A stretch of DNA of 64,000 nucleotides from an uncultured Bacteroidales bacterium. Lineage in GTDB: Bacteria; Bacteroidota; Bacteroidia; Bacteroidales; Marinilabiliaceae. The notes below the pieces were generated by a model, which ran no database searches, had not been told where the DNA came from, and saw only the letters and a list, made by a program, of their open reading frames with translations. A program made the position numbers and the translations under genes. The stretch spans positions 1-64,000 of the forward strand of contig CALYZD010000001.1 in the NCBI GenBank assembly GCA_945607565.1. Direction: 5' to 3'. Shown here piece by piece: positions 52,578 through 62,711 of this stretch (positions within the stretch are counted from its first letter, which is position 1; each line of letters opens with the position of its first letter).

Positions 52578-53909
52578 ATGAAGATATTCATTGCAGGCGC
52601 GGGAGCGGTCGGCACACATCTGGCCAAGCTGTTCGTCGATTCGAATCATGCCGTGACCTTGATGGACGAGCGCGAAAAGTTGGATGCGTTCGACTCGCAC
52701 GTCGATCTGCTGAAGTTTGAGGGCGTGATGACTTCGGTGGACGACCTTGAGGAGGCGATGGTGGGCGAGTCGGACCTGTTCATAGCCGTGCCGCCCTATC
52801 CCGATATGAGTCTGTTGGCGTGCATCCTTGCCAAACGGCTGGGCGCCAAGCTGACGGTGGCTCGTGTCAACACGTCGGAATACATGGTGCCGAAGATTCG
52901 CGCGCTCTACAAGAGCCTTGGCGTGGACGAAATCATCTATCCCGAACAGCTCGGCGCGCAGGAGGCGCTCGAATCGATCAAGCGGGTCGGCATACGCCAG
53001 ATTTATGAATTTTCGAATGGTGAGCTGATTCTGGCGGCAATCAAGCTGCGGTCGAACGCGCCGCTTGTGGGCCACACGTTCGGCGAGACGGCCGAGATGC
53101 ACGCCGGAAAATACAACGTGGTGGCCATCTTCAGAGACGGCGAGACGATTATCCCGCACGGGTCGAGCCAGTTTGAGCATGGCGACTTGGGCTACTTCGT
53201 GACCACGCGCGACGTGCTGCCGCAGGTGCTCAACGACGCCGGCAAGGAACAGTACGAAATAAAGGAAGTCATGATTCTGGGCGGAAGCCGCATAGGGCAG
53301 CGGATTGCGATGGGGCTTGGCGACTACAACGTGAGGCTGATAGAGCTCAACCGCGAAAAGTCGGAGCGGCTGGCCGATAAGCTCGAGAACGTGCTTGTGA
53401 TCAATGGCGACGGGCGCAACCTGGACCTGCTCAAGGACGAGGGCATCCGCAAGATGGACGCCTTCATAGCCGTGACGGGCAGCTCGGAGGTCAACCTGCT
53501 GGCGTGCCAGCTGGCCAAGAAAATGGGCGTGCGCAAGACGGTGGCCGAGGTGGAGAACCTCGACTATCTGCCGCTGGCCGAGGAGATTGGCATCGGCACC
53601 ATCATCAACAAGAAGCTGATAGCTGCCGGATACATCTACCGCTACACGCTGCACGCCCACGTGGCCTATGCCAAGTGCCTGACGTCGACCAATGCCGAGA
53701 TGCTCGAACTGGTGGCGCAGCCCAATTCGAAAATAACCAAGAGCCCGCTGCGCGAACTCAATCTGCCCAAAGACATGAACGTGGGCGGCCTGATACGCGA
53801 CGGAAAGGCCATCATAGTGTCGGGCAACACGCAGGTGGAGGTCTACGACAAGGTGGTGGTGTTTGCAATGCAGTCGAGCCTTGCGAAAATTGAGAAGCTA
53901 TTCAACTGA
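52578..53909 (+). CDS. trkA: Trk potassium uptake system NAD-binding subunit TrkA (tandem RCK)
   Basis: Two Rossmann GxGxxG (IAGAGAVG / ILGGSRIG) + RCK_C pairs; 443 aa. Confidence 0.85.
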   Translation: MKIFIAGAGAVGTHLAKLFVDSNHAVTLMDEREKLDAFDSHVDLLKFEGVMTSVDDLEEAMVGESDLFIAVPPYPDMSLLACILAKRLGAKLTVARVNTSEYMVPKIRALYKSLGVDEIIYPEQLGAQEALESIKRVGIRQIYEFSNGELILAAIKLRSNAPLVGHTFGETAEMHAGKYNVVAIFRDGETIIPHGSSQFEHGDLGYFVTTRDVLPQVLNDAGKEQYEIKEVMILGGSRIGQRIAMGLGDYNVRLIELNREKSERLADKLENVLVINGDGRNLDLLKDEGIRKMDAFIAVTGSSEVNLLACQLAKKMGVRKTVAEVENLDYLPLAEEIGIGTIINKKLIAAGYIYRYTLHAHVAYAKCLTSTNAEMLELVAQPNSKITKSPLRELNLPKDMNVGGLIRDGKAIIVSGNTQVEVYDKVVVFAMQSSLAKIEKLFN

Positions 53910-53995
53910 CGCCCAGGCCCGAGGGTAACAGTGGCACGCGGATGCCACGAATAGAAAAATAATGCTTTAATTTGTGTTGCTCAAAACACAAAAAT

Positions 53996-55456
53996 ATGCT
54001 CTTCAATAAGTCGTTCATAGCCTATGTGCTCGGCGTTTTACTGATTATCGAAGGTTCGTTCATGCTGATGCCGGGCATCGTTGCCATCATCTATGGCGAG
54101 CCCGACACTCCATATCATTTCATATCGGCACTGGTGTGCTGCATGGCCGGCTCTGTGCTGGCCTTCCTGTTCCGCAACCACGAGCGCAGCTTCGGGCGGC
54201 GCGACGGCTATGTGATAGTGAGTGCCGTGTGGATAGTCTTCTCGCTCTTCGGCGCGCTGCCGTTCTGGCTAAGCGGCGCGCTGCCTTCGTTCACCGACGC
54301 CTTCTACGAGACCATGTCGGGCTTCACCACCACCGGTTCGTCGGTGCTGACCGACATTGAGAGCGCGCCGCACGGCATCCTCTTCTGGCGCAGCCTGACG
54401 CAGTGGCTCGGCGGCATGGGCATCATCATGCTGTCGCTGGCGGTGCTGCCCATGCTCGGCATCTGCGGCATGCAGCTGTTCTCGGCCGAATCGTCGGGTG
54501 CGATGTCGGACAAGCTGCGGCCGAAGATTTCGGAAGTGGCGCGGCGCATCTGGCTCATCTACACGTCGCTCACCATAGTGCAGACGCTGCTGCTGATGCT
54601 CGGAGGAATGTCGCTGTTCGAGGCCGTCTGCCACTCCTTCTCGACGCTGTCGACCGGAGGCTTCTCGACCCGCAACGCCAGCCTCGCCGCCTACGACTCG
54701 GCCTACATCGAGTATGTGGTGATGCTGTTCATGTTCGTCGGCGGCGTCAACTTTGCGCTCTACTACGCCATTCTCCTTGGCAAGTTCAACCGCCTCAAGT
54801 TCGACGACGAACTGAAATACTTCACCGTCACCACGATAGCTCTCGGCCTGCTGGGCGGCATCGTCATCTACTTTTCGACAGCCGACGCCGCGCTCGAGAA
54901 CTCCGTCCGCGACAGTCTGTTCCTTGTGCTCTCGGTGGTCACCACCACCGGCTTCACCACGGCCGACTATTCGATGTGGCCGCACGCGCTGGTGGTGATA
55001 ATAGCCATGCTGATAGTCAGCGGCGCCTGCACGGGCTCGACGTCGGGCGGCATCAAGTCCATCCGCTTCATTGTCCTGCTCAAGACGGCCTATCACGAGC
55101 TGCGCCAGACGCTCCACCCCTCGGCGGTGATTCAGGTCAAGATCAACGGGCGGTCGCTGAGCGTGGCCAACCTTGTGAACACGGTGTCGTTCATGGCCTT
55201 CTTCTTCTCGATGATATTCGTGGGGATGATTTTCGTGTCGCTCTGGGGCTACGACTTTGAGGACAGCTACGGCCTGGTGGCCAACAGCCTTGCCAACGTC
55301 GGCATCAGCGTCGGCAATTTCGGCCCGTCGGGTCCCTACACGTTCGCGTCGCTGCCCGATGTGCTCAAATGGTTCCTGGCCTTGCTGATGCTCATTGGCC
55401 GACTGGAAATCTTCACGGTGGCGCTGCTCTTCACCGGATATTTCTGGAAACAGTAG
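53996..55456 (+). CDS. trkH: Trk-type K+ transporter membrane subunit TrkH
   Basis: TrkH/KtrB family with selectivity-filter-like motifs (SGFTTTG, STGGFST, TTTGFTT, TGSTSGG). ORF-track start 53972 lies in an upstream hairpin; MLFNKSF chosen. Confidence 0.85.
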   Translation: MLFNKSFIAYVLGVLLIIEGSFMLMPGIVAIIYGEPDTPYHFISALVCCMAGSVLAFLFRNHERSFGRRDGYVIVSAVWIVFSLFGALPFWLSGALPSFTDAFYETMSGFTTTGSSVLTDIESAPHGILFWRSLTQWLGGMGIIMLSLAVLPMLGICGMQLFSAESSGAMSDKLRPKISEVARRIWLIYTSLTIVQTLLLMLGGMSLFEAVCHSFSTLSTGGFSTRNASLAAYDSAYIEYVVMLFMFVGGVNFALYYAILLGKFNRLKFDDELKYFTVTTIALGLLGGIVIYFSTADAALENSVRDSLFLVLSVVTTTGFTTADYSMWPHALVVIIAMLIVSGACTGSTSGGIKSIRFIVLLKTAYHELRQTLHPSAVIQVKINGRSLSVANLVNTVSFMAFFFSMIFVGMIFVSLWGYDFEDSYGLVANSLANVGISVGNFGPSGPYTFASLPDVLKWFLALLMLIGRLEIFTVALLFTGYFWKQ

Positions 55457-55478
55457 CCGCGCAGCGCACCGCGCGCCG

Positions 55479-56348
55479 TCAGGGCGTGAGGGTGCAGGTG
55501 GCGGCGAACGAGCGCCAGATGTCGGCCTTGCGACAGGCGGCCAGGCACTGCTCCGAGGCCGTCAGGACGCACCGGCTGCGGTCCACGCCATAGAAGGCGT
55601 CGGGCACGTGGCACAGGGGCGGACGCGGCCCGTCGATGCGGATGCAGGCCAGCCCGGTGCAGTTGCAGAACGCCAGTGCCCCGATGACGGCAAGCCGCGC
55701 CGGCAGCCTTATCTGCGTCAGCGAGGCGCACTTCTCGAACGCCCAGCTCTCTATGGTCCTTATATCTTCGTTCAGCGTCAGCCGGCTCAGGGCGGCGCAC
55801 TCCCCGAACGTGTTGCTTCTGATGGTCCGGATGCCTTGCGGCAGTGCGATGTCGGTCAGCGCCGTGCACCCTATGAAAGCGCATGTGCCGATGTCGGTCA
55901 GCGCCTTGCTGAGTGCGATGCCTGCAAGGCTGCGGCATCCGGCAAAGGCATGGCGGCCGATGGCAGTGACGGTGGGCGGCATGACGACGCTGCCGAGCAT
56001 GGCGCAGCCCTCGAACGCGCGCTGGCCTATGATGCGTGTGGCGGCCGGCAGCACTATGCTGCGGAGCCGCGTGTGCGCGAACATGCTGCGCGACACGGTG
56101 TCTTCTTCGGAGCGGAGTCCGTCGGCATAGCAGCCTCCGCCAGGCACTATCGTGGCCTCGCCAAGGTCGAGCTCGGCAAGGCGGCCGTCGGTGGCGTTCA
56201 TGGCCATGTCGGCGCCGCAGAGGTGGCGCAGCAGGGCTATGTCGGTGCCGTTGATGGGTCCGACGATTTTGAGCGTCGTGATTTGTGGGAGTGATTGCAG
56301 AGAAATCAGGGTGCACAGCGTCCCTGCTGTGGCTACATTGACAGTCAT
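55479..56348 (-). CDS. secreted leucine-rich-repeat protein (BspA-like LRR)
   Basis: Repeated ~23-aa units (IGxxAFxGCxxLxxIxLPxxLTxIG); signal peptide at the trimmed start MTVNVATAGTLCTLISLQS (ORF-track start 56558 implausible). Confidence 0.7.
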   Translation of the reverse strand: MTVNVATAGTLCTLISLQSLPQITTLKIVGPINGTDIALLRHLCGADMAMNATDGRLAELDLGEATIVPGGGCYADGLRSEEDTVSRSMFAHTRLRSIVLPAATRIIGQRAFEGCAMLGSVVMPPTVTAIGRHAFAGCRSLAGIALSKALTDIGTCAFIGCTALTDIALPQGIRTIRSNTFGECAALSRLTLNEDIRTIESWAFEKCASLTQIRLPARLAVIGALAFCNCTGLACIRIDGPRPPLCHVPDAFYGVDRSRCVLTASEQCLAACRKADIWRSFAATCTLTP

Positions 56349-56558
56349 AGCAAAATGGTTTAATGTCGGTTCACTCCCTCCGAACCGTGCGGATATGTCT
56401 TGTCCGGACTCGTATGCCAAAAAGCGTGGGAGTCTGCTGCCGTAGCCCGTTCCACGCCCGGAGTCCTTCACGCTGCCGCGAATGCAGCGTAAAGATATGT
56501 CGATTTGTCGTGAAAAACCATAGGCCCCGTCTTTTTCTGCCCCCTCGGGCCATGGCAA

Positions 56559-56616
56559 AGGCGCCGGTGTCTCGCTGTTCGGTCCCCGTGCGGGGGCGGC
56601 GAGACACCGGCGCCTT
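56559..56616. repeat. 18-bp perfect inverted repeat (hairpin) between the ABC exporter and LRR genes
   Basis: AAGGCGCCGGTGTCTCGC-N22-GCGAGACACCGGCGCCTT; the loop holds a secondary CCCC-gtgc-GGGG stem; no flanking U-tract on either strand. Confidence 0.5.
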
Positions 56617-56645
56617 GCTGTCGGCGGCGGCCGTGTGGGCCGGCG

Positions 56646-58469
56646 TCAGAAGTTCTGCATGTCGTGCAGCTTCTTGTAGTATCCGCCCATGGCAATCAGC
56701 TGCTCGTGGGTGCCCTGCTCCACAATGCGCCCTTCGTTGAAGACGCAGATGATGTCGGCATTGCGAATGGTGCTGAGGCGGTGCGCCACCACCAGCGACG
56801 TGCGGTTGGCCATCAGCTTTTCGAGGGCGTCCTGCACCAGGCGTTCCGATTCGGTGTCGAGCGCCGAGGTGGCTTCGTCCAGAATGAGTATGTCGGGGTT
56901 CTTGAGGACGGCGCGTGCGATGCTGATGCGCTGCCGCTGTCCGCCCGAGAGCTTGGAGCCGCGGTCGCCTATCATGGTCTGATAGCCTTCGGGGCACTCC
57001 ATGATGAAGTCGTGGGCGTTGGCTATGCGTGCGGCCCGTTCGACGTCCTGCGCCGTGGCCCCTTTGACGCCGAAGACGATGTTGTTGTAGATGGTGTCGT
57101 TGAACAGAATGGCCTCCTGATTGACGTTGCCCATGAGCGCGCGCAGGTCGTGGAGGCGGTACTGCTTGACGTCGGTCCCGTCCACAAGGATGCTGCCCTT
57201 GCTGATGTCCCAGAAGCGCGGAAGCAGGTCGACGAAGGTGGACTTGCCGCTGCCGCTCTGTCCCACCAGCGCCACCATCTTGCCTTTGGGAATGGTGATG
57301 CTGACGTCGTTGAGCACGTTGCGTTCGCCGTCGTAGGAGAAGGTGACGTTGCGGTATTCGATGCCCGTTTCGAGCGTCTTCTTTTCGAGGCCGTTGGGGT
57401 TCTCGAATATCTTGTCGTCGGCCAGCAGTATCATGTCGATGCGCTCCATGGCGGCCATGCCTTTCTGGATGCTGTAGAGCGCCGTCGAGAATGCCTTGGC
57501 GGGGTTGATTATCTGATAGAACACGCCCAGATAGGCCAGGAAGGCGGCCACCGACAGCGAGCCCGTGCCGCTGAGGATGAGCGTGCCGCCGAACCACACC
57601 ACGATGATGACCACGATGGTTCCAAGCAGTTCGCTGAGCGGGTGCGCCAGGTCGCGCCGGCGGGCCAGCCGCTTGGCTATGCGGCAGTAGGCGTTCGACT
57701 CGCTGGCATAGTGCTCGCACACCACCTTTTCGGCGTTGAAGGCCTTGACCACCCGCAGGCCCGAGATGGTCTCGTCGAGTATGCCGAGCAGCTGCCCCAT
57801 CTTGTTCTGGCCCTCGAGCGAGCGCCGTTTCAGGCTCTTGCCCACGCGGCCTATCACCACGCCGGCCAGCGGCAGCATGACGAGCGCGAAGAGCGTCAGC
57901 TGCGGGCTCATGATGACCATGGAGACGAGGTAGACTATGATGAGCATCGGGTTCTTGAGGAACATGTCTATTGAGGCCATGACGGAGCTTTCGACCTCGG
58001 CCACGTCGCCCGTGGCGCGCTGGATGATGTCGCCCTTACGCTCGTTGGAGAAGAAGCCTATGGGCAGCGACACTATCTTGTCGAATATCTGCTTGCGTAT
58101 GTCGCGCACCACATTGTTGCGTATGCTGATGCTGGTGTAGGCGCCGAGGTAGGCCGTGCCCGTCTTGAGCGCCGTGCCCGCCACCATGAACGCGCCGGCG
58201 AACAGCAGGGCCGAGCCGGGTCCGTAGGTGCTCTTGAAGACGGTGATGTAGTAGTAGAAGTTGTGCTTGACGGTTTCCATGTCCATTGCCCACGGTTCGA
58301 GGTCGAGCACGGGCGTGTCCTGCTGGAAGATGATTTCGAGGATGGGGATCATCAGTGCCATCGACGACACGGAGAATACGGCCGACAGGATGTTGAAGAT
58401 GAAGCTCAGCACAATGCTGCTCCAATATGGAGGCACAAAGCGGCCGGCAAAGCTGAAGAAGTATTTCAT
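56646..58469 (-). CDS. ABC exporter, fused permease/ATPase (MsbA/lipid A-export-like)
   Basis: 6-TM N-terminal domain then Walker A GQSGSGKST, signature LSGGQRQRISIARA, Walker B ILILDEATSALD. ORF-track start 59144 overlaps purB and is Arg-rich junk; true start MKYFFSFAGRF at 58469. Confidence 0.85.
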   Translation of the reverse strand: MKYFFSFAGRFVPPYWSSIVLSFIFNILSAVFSVSSMALMIPILEIIFQQDTPVLDLEPWAMDMETVKHNFYYYITVFKSTYGPGSALLFAGAFMVAGTALKTGTAYLGAYTSISIRNNVVRDIRKQIFDKIVSLPIGFFSNERKGDIIQRATGDVAEVESSVMASIDMFLKNPMLIIVYLVSMVIMSPQLTLFALVMLPLAGVVIGRVGKSLKRRSLEGQNKMGQLLGILDETISGLRVVKAFNAEKVVCEHYASESNAYCRIAKRLARRRDLAHPLSELLGTIVVIIVVWFGGTLILSGTGSLSVAAFLAYLGVFYQIINPAKAFSTALYSIQKGMAAMERIDMILLADDKIFENPNGLEKKTLETGIEYRNVTFSYDGERNVLNDVSITIPKGKMVALVGQSGSGKSTFVDLLPRFWDISKGSILVDGTDVKQYRLHDLRALMGNVNQEAILFNDTIYNNIVFGVKGATAQDVERAARIANAHDFIMECPEGYQTMIGDRGSKLSGGQRQRISIARAVLKNPDILILDEATSALDTESERLVQDALEKLMANRTSLVVAHRLSTIRNADIICVFNEGRIVEQGTHEQLIAMGGYYKKLHDMQNF

Positions 58470-58491
58470 TTGGCGTGTTGTTGTGATTTCC

Positions 58492-58548
58492 GTTTTGCAA
58501 AAAATCAGCAAACCGTAGCCGGGCCGGTGCCCGCGGTGCGGTTTGCTG
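58492..58548 (-). terminator. candidate intrinsic terminator after purB (minus strand)
   Basis: On the minus strand: CAGCAAACCG-N23-CGGTTTGCTG then ATTTTTTG. Only ~25 nt remain before the ABC exporter start codon. Confidence 0.5.
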
Positions 58549-58600
58549 AGGTCAGACGGGCCGGCTGTGCGGCTGCCCGGTGCCCGTGCGGGCCTCCGGG

Positions 58601-59953
58601 TCAGTGCCGGTATATGCCCGTATAGGTCTGCGGCGTGATGGCGCGCAGCTCTTCCTTGACTTGTTCTGACACGTCGAGCGTCTCGATGAAGGCGGCTATC
58701 GTCTCGTGGTTCATCCTGACGTTGGTGCGCGTCAGCTCTTTGAGCGCCTCGTAGGGGTTGGGGTAAGCCTCGCGGCGCAAGATGGTCTGTATGCCCTCGG
58801 CCACCACCGCCCAGTTGTTTTCCAGGTCGCGCTCTATGGCCTCGGGGTTCAGCAGCAGCTTGCCCAGCCCCTTGTCGATCGACTTGAGCGAGATGATGCT
58901 GTGGGCCACGGGCACGCCAATGTTGCGCAGCACGGTCGAGTCGGTCAGGTCGCGCTGCAGGCGCGACACGGGCAGCTTGGTGGCCAGATGCTCGAGTATG
59001 GCGTTGGCAATGCCCAGGTTGCCTTCGGCGTTCTCGTAGTCGATGGGGTTGACCTTGTGGGGCATGGCGCTCGATCCCACTTCGCCTTTCTTGATTTTCT
59101 GCTTGAAGTACTCCATCATTATGTACATCCAGAAGTCGCGGCACAGGTCGATGAGTATGACGTTGATGCGCTTGATGGCGTCGAAGACGGCCGACAGGTC
59201 GTCGTAGTTCGAAATCTGCGTGGTGAACGGTTCGCGGCGCAGCCCGAGGTGCTCGGCCACGAAGCGGTTGCCGAAGTCGGTCCAGTCAATCTGTGGGAAG
59301 GCCACGTGGTGGGCGTTGAAGTTGCCCGTGGCGCCTCCAAACTTGGCCGACATGGGCAGGGCTTTCAGGGCGTCGAGCTGGCGCTGCAGGCGGCTGACGA
59401 ACACCATTATCTCCTTGCCCAAGCGGGTGGGCGAGGCCGGCTGCCCGTGGGTCTTGGCCAGCATCGGGATGTCTTTCCACTCGTCGGCAAAGCCGCGCAG
59501 GCGGTCTATCACCTTCTGCACTTCGGGGCAGTAGACGTCGGCAAGGGCCTCGCGCAGCGACAGGGGCACCGACGTGTTGTTGATGTCCTGCGACGTCAGT
59601 CCGAAGTGAATGAACTCCTTGTGTGCCGTCAGGCCCAGGCGGTCGAACTCCTCCTTCAGGAAGTATTCGACGGCCTTGACGTCGTGGTTGGTCACCGATT
59701 CGATGTCTTTGATGCGCTGCGCCTGGGCGCAGTCGAAGTCGGCGTATATCTTGCGCAGGCTCTCGAAGCAGCCGTGGTCGATGCCCTTGAGCTGGGGCAG
59801 CGGCAGCTGGCAGAGCGCTATGAAGTATTCTATCTCGACCCGCACGCGGTAGCGGATCAGTGCGTATTCCGAAAAGTAGTTTCCAAGTTCGTCGACCTTG
59901 GCGCGATAGCGGCCGTCGACGGGCGAGATGGCCGTGAGTGTCTGCAAATCCAT
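58601..59953 (-). CDS. purB: adenylosuccinate lyase
   Basis: 450 aa, fumarase/ASL family; SSAMPHKVNP signature. Confidence 0.95.
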   Translation of the reverse strand: MDLQTLTAISPVDGRYRAKVDELGNYFSEYALIRYRVRVEIEYFIALCQLPLPQLKGIDHGCFESLRKIYADFDCAQAQRIKDIESVTNHDVKAVEYFLKEEFDRLGLTAHKEFIHFGLTSQDINNTSVPLSLREALADVYCPEVQKVIDRLRGFADEWKDIPMLAKTHGQPASPTRLGKEIMVFVSRLQRQLDALKALPMSAKFGGATGNFNAHHVAFPQIDWTDFGNRFVAEHLGLRREPFTTQISNYDDLSAVFDAIKRINVILIDLCRDFWMYIMMEYFKQKIKKGEVGSSAMPHKVNPIDYENAEGNLGIANAILEHLATKLPVSRLQRDLTDSTVLRNIGVPVAHSIISLKSIDKGLGKLLLNPEAIERDLENNWAVVAEGIQTILRREAYPNPYEALKELTRTNVRMNHETIAAFIETLDVSEQVKEELRAITPQTYTGIYRH

Positions 59954-59984
59954 GTTCCTGTTATAGATGTTTCGTAATAGGCTG

Positions 59985-59992
59985 CAAATTTA
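59985..59992 (-). promoter_or_regulatory. candidate -7 element (TAnnTTTG) for purB
   Basis: Minus-strand TAAATTTG, 32 nt upstream of the purB ATG. Confidence 0.3.
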
Positions 59993-60101
59993 GCGTAATA
60001 ATCGTTTCGGGCGGCAGCCGTGCGCTCCTAATTTGCCGATGGCTGCGCCTATTGAAAAAAATGTGCATCTTTGGCTTCGCAATGTCCTCTGAAGCCTTGC
60101 C

Positions 60102-60758
60102 ATGATAGTGCGATTCCTGTCGATGCTGTGGATAGTGCCGCTGGTGCTGGCGGCGTGCGCTGCGGTGCCTGCCGTGGTGCGCGACGTGTGCGCCTCGGCC
60201 GGCCGCTACGGCTGGTTCGCCGCAGGCATGGGCGTGCAGCTGGCGCTGTCGGTGGCGCTGCACGGGCGCATGGCCTGGCTGCGCACCTTTGCCCACGAGG
60301 CCGCGCACTCCATGGTGGCGCTCTTGCTGCTGGGGCACATCCGCGAGTTCAGCGCCACGGCCTCGGCCGGCGGACACGTGCGCTACGACGGCGTCCGCTT
60401 CGGCACACTCTTCGTGGCCCTCGCGCCCTATTGCCTGCCCTACATGGCCTACGCCTCGGCACTCGTGGCCGCCTTGGTCGACGGCCGCTACCGGCCGGCA
60501 GCCGACGCCGTCACGGGCTTTGCGCTGATGTTCCACCTTGTGTGCTTCGCCTGCCAGACGCGCACCGGCCAGCCCGACATACGCGACTCGGGGTGCCTGC
60601 GCTCGCTGCTCTTCATTGCGGGCTTCGGCGTCGTCAACGTGTCGGTGGTGGTGCGCAGCGTGACGTGCGGGCTGTGGCAGGCCGTGTGCCTCCAGGCCGC
60701 CGACATGTGGCAGGCGCTGCAGGGCATGGCACACACGCTGCTTGCGCATCTTGCCTGA
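60102..60758 (+). CDS. hypothetical polytopic membrane protein with HExxH motif (possibly M50B-like intramembrane metallopeptidase)
   Basis: 218 aa, about 6 hydrophobic segments; FAHEAAHSMVALLLLGHI then SAGGHV; family assignment is inference. Confidence 0.45.
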   Translation: MIVRFLSMLWIVPLVLAACAAVPAVVRDVCASAGRYGWFAAGMGVQLALSVALHGRMAWLRTFAHEAAHSMVALLLLGHIREFSATASAGGHVRYDGVRFGTLFVALAPYCLPYMAYASALVAALVDGRYRPAADAVTGFALMFHLVCFACQTRTGQPDIRDSGCLRSLLFIAGFGVVNVSVVVRSVTCGLWQAVCLQAADMWQALQGMAHTLLAHLA

Positions 60759-60794
60759 GCATCGGCGCCAATCGACTGCAAAACACATCGAACC

Positions 60795-61547
60795 ATGATC
60801 AAAGCATATCTTCGCGGAGCCTCCGCACCCATCAGCGCCCTCGATTTCGTAAAGCGTCACGGCCTGTGGCGCCTCTTTCTGTGCCCGCTGGCACTCAGCG
60901 CGGTGCTGTTCGTCTGCATCCACTTTGCGGCAGCCTCGGTGGGAACGGCAGTGGCCGACGCCATCAGCGGACGCATAGGCAGCGCCGACGAGATGCCGGT
61001 CTGGGGCTCCGTGCTCAGCTGGGCGGGCTACCTGATGGCGCGCATCGTCATGTTCGTCGCCATGGTCTATGTGGGCGGATACCTCGTGCTGCTGCTCATG
61101 AGCCCCATGCTCAGCTATGTGGCGTCGCTCGCGGTCTTCAGGCACACCGGCCGGCGCGAGCCGTGGGCCATGGCCTCTTTCGTGCACGACGTGCTGCGCG
61201 GCATAGCCATCTCGATGCGCAACATGCTGATGCAGGCGCTGCTGCTGCTCGTGGTCTTCGTGGCGGGCTTCATTCCCGTGGTCACGCCGCTGACGCCCGT
61301 GCTCTACTGGCTTGTGTCGGCCTTCTACTATGGCTTTTCGATGGCCGACTATGTGTTTGAGGCGCGGCGGATGAGCATCTCCGCATCGGTGGCCTTTGCC
61401 CGTCGCAACCGCGCCTACATGCTCGGGCTGGGCACGCTCTTTGCCCTGCTGGTGGGCATACCGTTCGTCGGCATCTATCTGGCCGCCTTCATATCGCCGC
61501 TGGTGGTCATCGGCACCGAGCTCACCATCGACGAGTCCTCCCTCTGA
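60795..61547 (+). CDS. EI24/CysZ-like domain membrane protein
   Basis: 250 aa, 4-6 TM; topology and length match EI24-domain proteins common in Bacteroidota; by recognition only. Confidence 0.55.
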   Translation: MIKAYLRGASAPISALDFVKRHGLWRLFLCPLALSAVLFVCIHFAAASVGTAVADAISGRIGSADEMPVWGSVLSWAGYLMARIVMFVAMVYVGGYLVLLLMSPMLSYVASLAVFRHTGRREPWAMASFVHDVLRGIAISMRNMLMQALLLLVVFVAGFIPVVTPLTPVLYWLVSAFYYGFSMADYVFEARRMSISASVAFARRNRAYMLGLGTLFALLVGIPFVGIYLAAFISPLVVIGTELTIDESSL

Positions 61548-61702
61548 CCCCGCGCCACATCAGCCTATTCGAAGCGACGCGACAGCACGTATTGATACGA
61601 TGCAATAACGCTGACGGCTGCGGCAAACAAAAACTGCAAGGCTCCCGGCGCGTGTCCGGATGCCTTGCAGCGTCTGCGTTTATCGTGTCAGCGACTGACG
61701 GA

Positions 61703-62707
<1,005 letters not shown>

Positions 62708-62711
62708 CTGG

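Noticed and set aside
55479-56558. Longer 359-aa version of the LRR gene from the ORF track
   Set aside because: The first 70 residues (MPWPEGAEKDGAYGFSRQ...) are not signal-peptide-like and overlap the GC-rich spacer hairpin region. The internal Met at 56348 gives a canonical signal peptide, so the shorter gene model was preferred.
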